Below are positions 58,401 to 64,000 of a DNA stretch of 64,000 bases, piece after piece. Source of the DNA: Nemertoderma westbladi (Eukaryota > Animalia > Xenacoelomorpha); assembly GCA_032718475.1 (NCBI GenBank), contig JAUCBJ010008122.1, forward strand, positions 26,889-90,888, written 5' to 3'. Both the position numbers and the translations under genes were made by a program. The notes beneath the pieces are model-generated. The model did no database searches. It was given only the letters and a program-made list of their open reading frames with translations, and was not told the origin of the DNA. The number at the start of each line of letters is the position of its first letter. Position 1 is the stretch's first letter.

Positions 58401-60549
58401 TTCATTCACTGGGGTCGATAAAATGAGTACCTGTTGAATTACTGGGAACAAACCTTGGGATACGAGTAACACCAGTCATACCTTCGGGTAGCAGCTACTG
58501 AAGAGGGAGACAGAAGCATGTTACAGTGGCACGTTATTCTAACCAAAATGATAAACGAAAGTCAACAGAACAGGTTACAGTTTTATTTTTGGGAGTAACC
58601 AGCTGTTATTTGCGTCGATTTTTTCCTGGAGAGGGATGAATTTTGATTGGCACTAAAGGCCCTCCCTATCTTCGAAGAGATGCCTTCAGTCCGACTGTTT
58701 GATTGGCTTTTTTTACTATTGTATAATGCAGATATTGATATATTATTCGAATTCCTAGAACTTTTAATTCCTGCAAAGCTAACCTAGCATTGCGAATTAT
58801 CTTGCACAAAATATAATGAAAGTATTATTTATTTCAGATGTAAAATTTAGAATTAAAGGAAACTGCTTCAGTCACGAATGAATATAAGAAGAGCGGGCTC
58901 GCAAGTATTATTCTGGAGAGCGGCTGTAGATAATATGCAGCCGGCAGCTGCCACTATAGCCTACAAACTTTGGTTGGATGTGGGAGCAATTTGTAAATTG
59001 GGCTTTAGGACTGTGATAACGTGTTAATAAATATAGTATCAAACATTCAACTAAAAGTAATTAATGCAAATGCAGAAGTTGTTTCATCGACAGTCTTTCA
59101 CCTTTCATTTCACGGTCCACTGGTAATACCGGACATCACCTTACAGAAACAACATCTCAGTTTGGGTAACCACAGCTACTTCGTTAAGGATAAACCTGCG
59201 CCATTCTGTCCATAAATGTGTCGGCCACAAAGTCCACATTCGAATTAACATATTTCCAACATATTTTCCACCAGTTCTTGAGGATACATGTCTAGCGAGA
59301 GTTAGGGTGCTGACAGCATATATTCCTGACAGACAGGTATGTCGGTGCATTACTTGGCCACAGTGATGAGCTCCAAATTGCACACCGAGCCTTGTATGTA
59401 TTACAAGTTCACTGCCTGTAACAGTGTTTGCCATAACACTGCAATGTTACAAAATTTGTAACTCATAACTACAAACATAATCCTTATTCCTTACATTTTT
59501 ATTTTCTCGAGCTTGGTTTCTCCTTATTTATGAGTGTGTAAATAGTGTCTAAATAGATAAATATACCCCTGCGTGTTAATTCATTATTGTTGCTATGTAA
59601 AACATCTGTCGTTAAGATAAATAGTGTTCTAGAAAAAATTGCTCAATGCGGACTATGTGAAATATAACATAATTTCAAATGGTTTATACAAGTTAACACT
59701 TTCAGCAAAAAAAACTGCAGTCATACCCAATTTGAACGGTGGTCGCCACTGTCTACTTGACTAATATGTGTAGTTCCTATTTATTGAAATAATGATTAAA
59801 TTTCCCAGTTGCCTCGCTTGGGGGCGTAATGACTTAAAAAAAAAATATTTTTTTATGTGAAATAAATCAAAATATCCCACCACCCCCACCTGAAAAAATT
59901 TTGGGGTGGGGCCTCAAATTTGTCTATGCCTCGGGGCCACACTTATGCTTAATCCGGCTCTGCTACCCAGCTCCGGCTATCGTTGGGTGATACAGTCAGT
60001 AATAGTACAGTAGTAATATCAGAATAGTAATATAATAGCGTACTGATGTACTGTAGATGGGAGGGCATGGAATGTCAGCATGTACAGTAGTAAGTATACA
60101 TACCTGGGGGACTTCCGGCTAGCAGATGGGCCTTTGCGTTGAGGAACAATTAGTGAACCGTCTTCGTCTAGTCGCCCCCTAGCGGTCGACAGATCAACTA
60201 TAGAACTCCGTCTGTCAGTCTGTGTGTAGAATTGCTAAACTTTTTATAGACTTCTGTACTACGTACTGTACAGTGTACATGTGTACCAAATTTGGTACCA
60301 TTTCATCAAAGATTGACCGACGGTTGGGATAATAAACCCAACTGTATTCTAACTTACATAAGCGTACGGGAAACATTTCCACTGGAGGCGGGGGGGGGGG
60401 GGGGGGGGGAGGGCAAATTTTCGCCCGCTTTGCCAATTCCCCCCCCCCCCCCCCCCCAACAAAAAAAATTAATAATATTTCAAAAATTGTATAATTTGTG
60501 GACCTACAGTAATATGGTGTCGCGTAGGGGCCACCAAGAATATTAAGTT

Positions 60550-61742
60550 TGTTCGCGCTTTCAGACCTTTAGCAGTTTAACCCGCCAATTTTAGGTGTCA
60601 TCTTGTTTATAAATCGACTTTAGCCTATAACAATTATTTAATGCACATGAAGTAACATTAGCCGAAGCCAGTCTATGCGCGATCATTCACCCACGGTTAA
60701 GGGAGACTGGATTCGGATGCTTTGAAGGGATTGCGGTGCAGACCTACGGTATTATTCGATTGATAGTTACTATATAATCTCTGACAATATTATTCACTTT
60801 CGGGGAAATATTAACAGTTCCTTTAGGACGTGGCGCTTTAAGTATAAAACAGAGTTATGACTAAACACAACGAGATGGCTATTGATTTTCGTAAATGGCG
60901 CATTCTTTAGGAGATGCTTTATTATCTGTCACACTGCTGCATACAACTTCACACTGCTGCACACTGATCTGCCGACCGTCACTGAATTTAATCATATATA
61001 AGGAGGATGGCAACTGACACATGTAGGGATTATGAAATAGCATTTAATGCACACTAAAACCACTGTAATGTAAGTCGCAATTGCTACCGGTAACCGGTCT
61101 CTCTAACCTTTGGTAATCAAGAAGATTGGGGTTTTATGATTATTTATCGATATTCTCCAAATATAACAACATATCCATCAACTTCTAACAATTAATAACC
61201 GACAGTAAATAGCAGTAAAATAATGCGGTGAACCGTAATGCATTGAGTTGGTAAATGCAGTCAGTTTGTGTGTTCGTTTGCAGATGCAGTTTGATGTTTC
61301 ATCAGTTTGGTAATAGATTTACGTTTTTATAATCAAAGCCGTCTAATGTTGGCTAAAGTCTGAAACTTCCAACACAGAAGCACAGAATAATTTCCAAGCA
61401 GTTGTTCTCGCTCAGAAAGGTAAACAAAGACCGTCATGCATTGCGCGGTTTTCCGTAGGCCTCTGTGCAAAATAAAATGAAAATCGCTCTGATTGGTCGA
61501 GCGAGCCGAACAAAGAAAGTTAAGAAAGCTCCACATCGACAGCAAATCAGCTGACAGATTTCGTCATCTGAACTACACTCTATTTAGAGTATTTGGCGTA
61601 TTGCGGCATAAAATGGCTTGTTATGTCCGCTAAAACACCTACAGGGTACATTGCGGAGAAAATGGCTTGTTATGTCCGCTAAAACAACTAAGCAGTTCAT
61701 TGCGGAGAAAAATGACTGGTTATATCCGCAAAAGCTTTTACA
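60550..61742 (-). mobile_element. Solo LTR (1193 bp) of a sister family of the 2933-16429 element, inverted
   Basis: Reverse complement starts TGTAAAAGCTTTTGCG and ends AAAGGTCTGAAAGCGCGAACA like the main LTR, with collinear but diverged interior. 5-bp TSD AAGTT at 60545-60549 and 61743-61747. Confidence 0.93.
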
Positions 61743-63859
61743 AAGTTAGTCAAAACATTTATCTATCACTTTATTTCATATCTTTAGCGGTTTATTTTAT
61801 TGTTAGTTAGGCCAAATCTGTTATTCGTGATAATTGAACAGTGGATTAGTTAAGTTTCGGTCAAGGAGTAGGATAAACCATGAGGGTGAAAATGAATACA
61901 CTTTTGAAATGACGTTTAAAAACGCAAAGTTATGGTACACTTGCATGAAAGTAGATAATATAAAGGAGGCATTATACTGTAAATAGTATAAGGCATACTG
62001 TAATGAAAGCATTATAATTGGCAAGGACATTGCGGATGTGTTAATATACAGTAGTTCCTATTGTAATACTGTAGGAATATTGATTATATAAGTGAATGTA
62101 CTGTACATAACAAGGAAGAAAATGCGGGCGTAGTGAGCGGAAATTTTATAATCAATGTTGAGATTTTGCACATTTAAATCTACTTTTTTTAACCAATAAT
62201 ACTTTGATAACTATAATGATTACATTACCTAATTAACATAACATAATAATAATAATAATAATTAATATATATTAGCATAATAATTAACATTTCCTGTCGG
62301 TGGTATATAACAGTGGCTACCACTCTGCAGTAATATAATACTGCAGGAAATCGCTTAACATTAAAAAATTTCGCCCCTCTTTATGGCTGTAAATTATTTG
62401 CTGGGAGGGCAATTGCTCTCTCTGCCCCCCGGTCCCGTACGCCTAGGCTAACCTATACTCTGAAATACTTACTAACACGTTCAAATTAATAAACTTAAAT
62501 AATACTTAAAAATCTTACCTTTTTTACCTTGGGAGGCTTTACCTTTTGGAGACACCTCCAGATTTTAGAAGATTGCAAGAGTTTTGTTTGTATATATAGG
62601 CATTGAAATTATGCATGGGTGTATATGTATTAATAAGTTCTTAAGATATTTTTCATGGCAAAAATATAAATTTGAATTTCCCGCCAATTTTATTCAGATT
62701 TTTCGGTAGCATTTTTCTAAACCTACCTACTCCGTCATTTTTCAATCAATTCCTTTGAAATTTTCAGTGAATGGTGTTGACATATTGATCAATAAAACAT
62801 GTAGACATAATTTTCAAATTTTGATCAGAAGTGTAATCTAAACTAAAAAATAAAATTTTCTTTATAACGGGCCGATATTTTTTCACATTATCGGCCCAAA
62901 ACATAATGTCTACACTACACTCTCGTGGAGAACATTATGGTACATGCAAAGGGACCCAAATGTTAGCTAATTGAGTATCAACTTCCTTGGAGCAAAATGG
63001 CTGCTAAATTACTGTAATATTAAATATTGACCGGAAGAAATTAGCTTCTTAGTGTGGCCGTGTTTTTTAATTAAAAAATAAACTAAACTCTATTTCATAT
63101 GAACTAATTTGTGGTGGAGATCGCTATTTTCACTTGCGGTTATGTGCGCCACTATCTGCGGCCTGCAATCTGACAGTATCACCTGTATGTCGAGTCGGTT
63201 ATATTTGTAGATATGGGTGGTATTTATTAATATTTATATTAGGTTTTTACTTCTATTTGATAACCGTTTACGACCAATAACATACTGTACAACTAACTGT
63301 ACTGTAGTACGGAGTCCAAATGAAATTGTTATTATCACTGTATATAAATGGATTGCTATATTGCTATATTATATGATTCAATATTAATTCTGAAAGATTG
63401 TAGATGTAAAGTGCTGTAGTGCTTTTTGTATGTTTCTTTACATGTACTTTACACCTATAAAATGTGTTCAAAATCATCTTATATAATTTACACCATACAG
63501 TACAGTAGGCCTACGCCTACAGTAGTATAACCTGACAACACCATGACCCAATATGAAATTTTCTGAAGACACCCCCCGCATATTTTTCTAACAATTTTCA
63601 ACTCACCGTGTCCATGACAACATGAGCCAGAGTTTTAGATTTTCAATTTTCACTTGAATTTATTTTTATTAGATGTTTATTTTATAAAAAAGCGTATTGT
63701 GAAATTGCACAGCTAGCCAAAATACTGTATGACAACTCATTGATCAAATTACTCATAACCAGCCAATTGTTTCATTTCTTTTTTTGCCTCAAACTGGTAA
63801 TTTGCTTCGCAACTAGGCGTTGGTGTATCATCACATTTTATCAAACAACAATAATAATA

Positions 63860-64000
63860 ATGAAACACAGCACAGAGATATGCGTATTGATTGTATTAGC
63901 AGGTTTACACGGATCTGTGTCCTTGGACAACGGTCTACAGCGAACACCTCCTATGGGCTGGATGTCGTGGGAACGTTTCCGATGCAAGATTGACTGCGAT
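63860..64000 (+). CDS. NAGA: 5' end of a glycoside hydrolase family 27 enzyme (alpha-N-acetylgalactosaminidase/alpha-galactosidase A type), runs off the window
   Basis: Manual translation [47 protein letters not shown]: signal peptide plus the LDNGL..TPPMGW..WERF.C GH27 N-terminus. NAGA versus GLA cannot be settled from 47 aa. Confidence 0.85.
   Translation, partial: MKHSTEICVLIVLAGLHGSVSLDNGLQRTPPMGWMSWERFRCKIDCD

Larger units (their letters stand above)
55933..59962. mobile_element. hAT-type non-autonomous composite element, 4030 bp, 8-bp TSD
   Basis: TSD CTACCCAG at 55925-55932 and 59963-59970. Ends CAGGGACGGAGTAACC and (reverse complement) CAGAGCCGGATTAAGC. Confidence 0.85.

Noticed and set aside
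60515-60549. TGGTGGCCCCTACGCG (minus strand) near the solo LTR end, resembling a tRNA-Ile primer site
   Set aside because: It lies outside the AAGTT TSD and about 13 nt from the LTR, so it belongs to the target; it is part of a TGGTG...CACCA hairpin of the host repeat.

Overview
Repeat-rich, AT-rich eukaryotic DNA, most likely from an invertebrate animal (spliceosomal intron, metazoan-type transposons, no prokaryotic features). Host genes: an intronless secreted tectonin/tachylectin-type beta-propeller lectin (23463-24305, -), Mediator subunit MED23 in two exons (55688-52784 and 51511-50205, -), and the start of a GH27 alpha-N-acetylgalactosaminidase/alpha-galactosidase (63860 onward, +). The left third is a nested transposon stack. 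A CR1/L2-group LINE is split by a young 13.5-kb BEL/Pao LTR element (GAGTG TSD, near-identical 1.2-kb LTRs) and by an RTE fragment with a 43-bp TSD. The BEL/Pao element keeps a 1643-aa Gag-protease ORF but has lost RT, most of RNase H and integrase in frame. It has no tRNA-type primer site; the 11 nt at that position are exactly complementary to an 11-mer inside its own LTR. It also carries long G.U-rich RNA helices in its leader and 3' region. The centre is a 16.7-kb 29/31-bp satellite with higher-order blocks, enclosed by 42-bp terminal inverted repeats that contain the monomer core. The right part holds a decayed LINE, 21-, 26-, 37- and 16-bp tandem repeats, several MITE/hAT elements and an inverted solo LTR of a sister BEL/Pao family. 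All alignments and folds were done by eye; no database searches were run.
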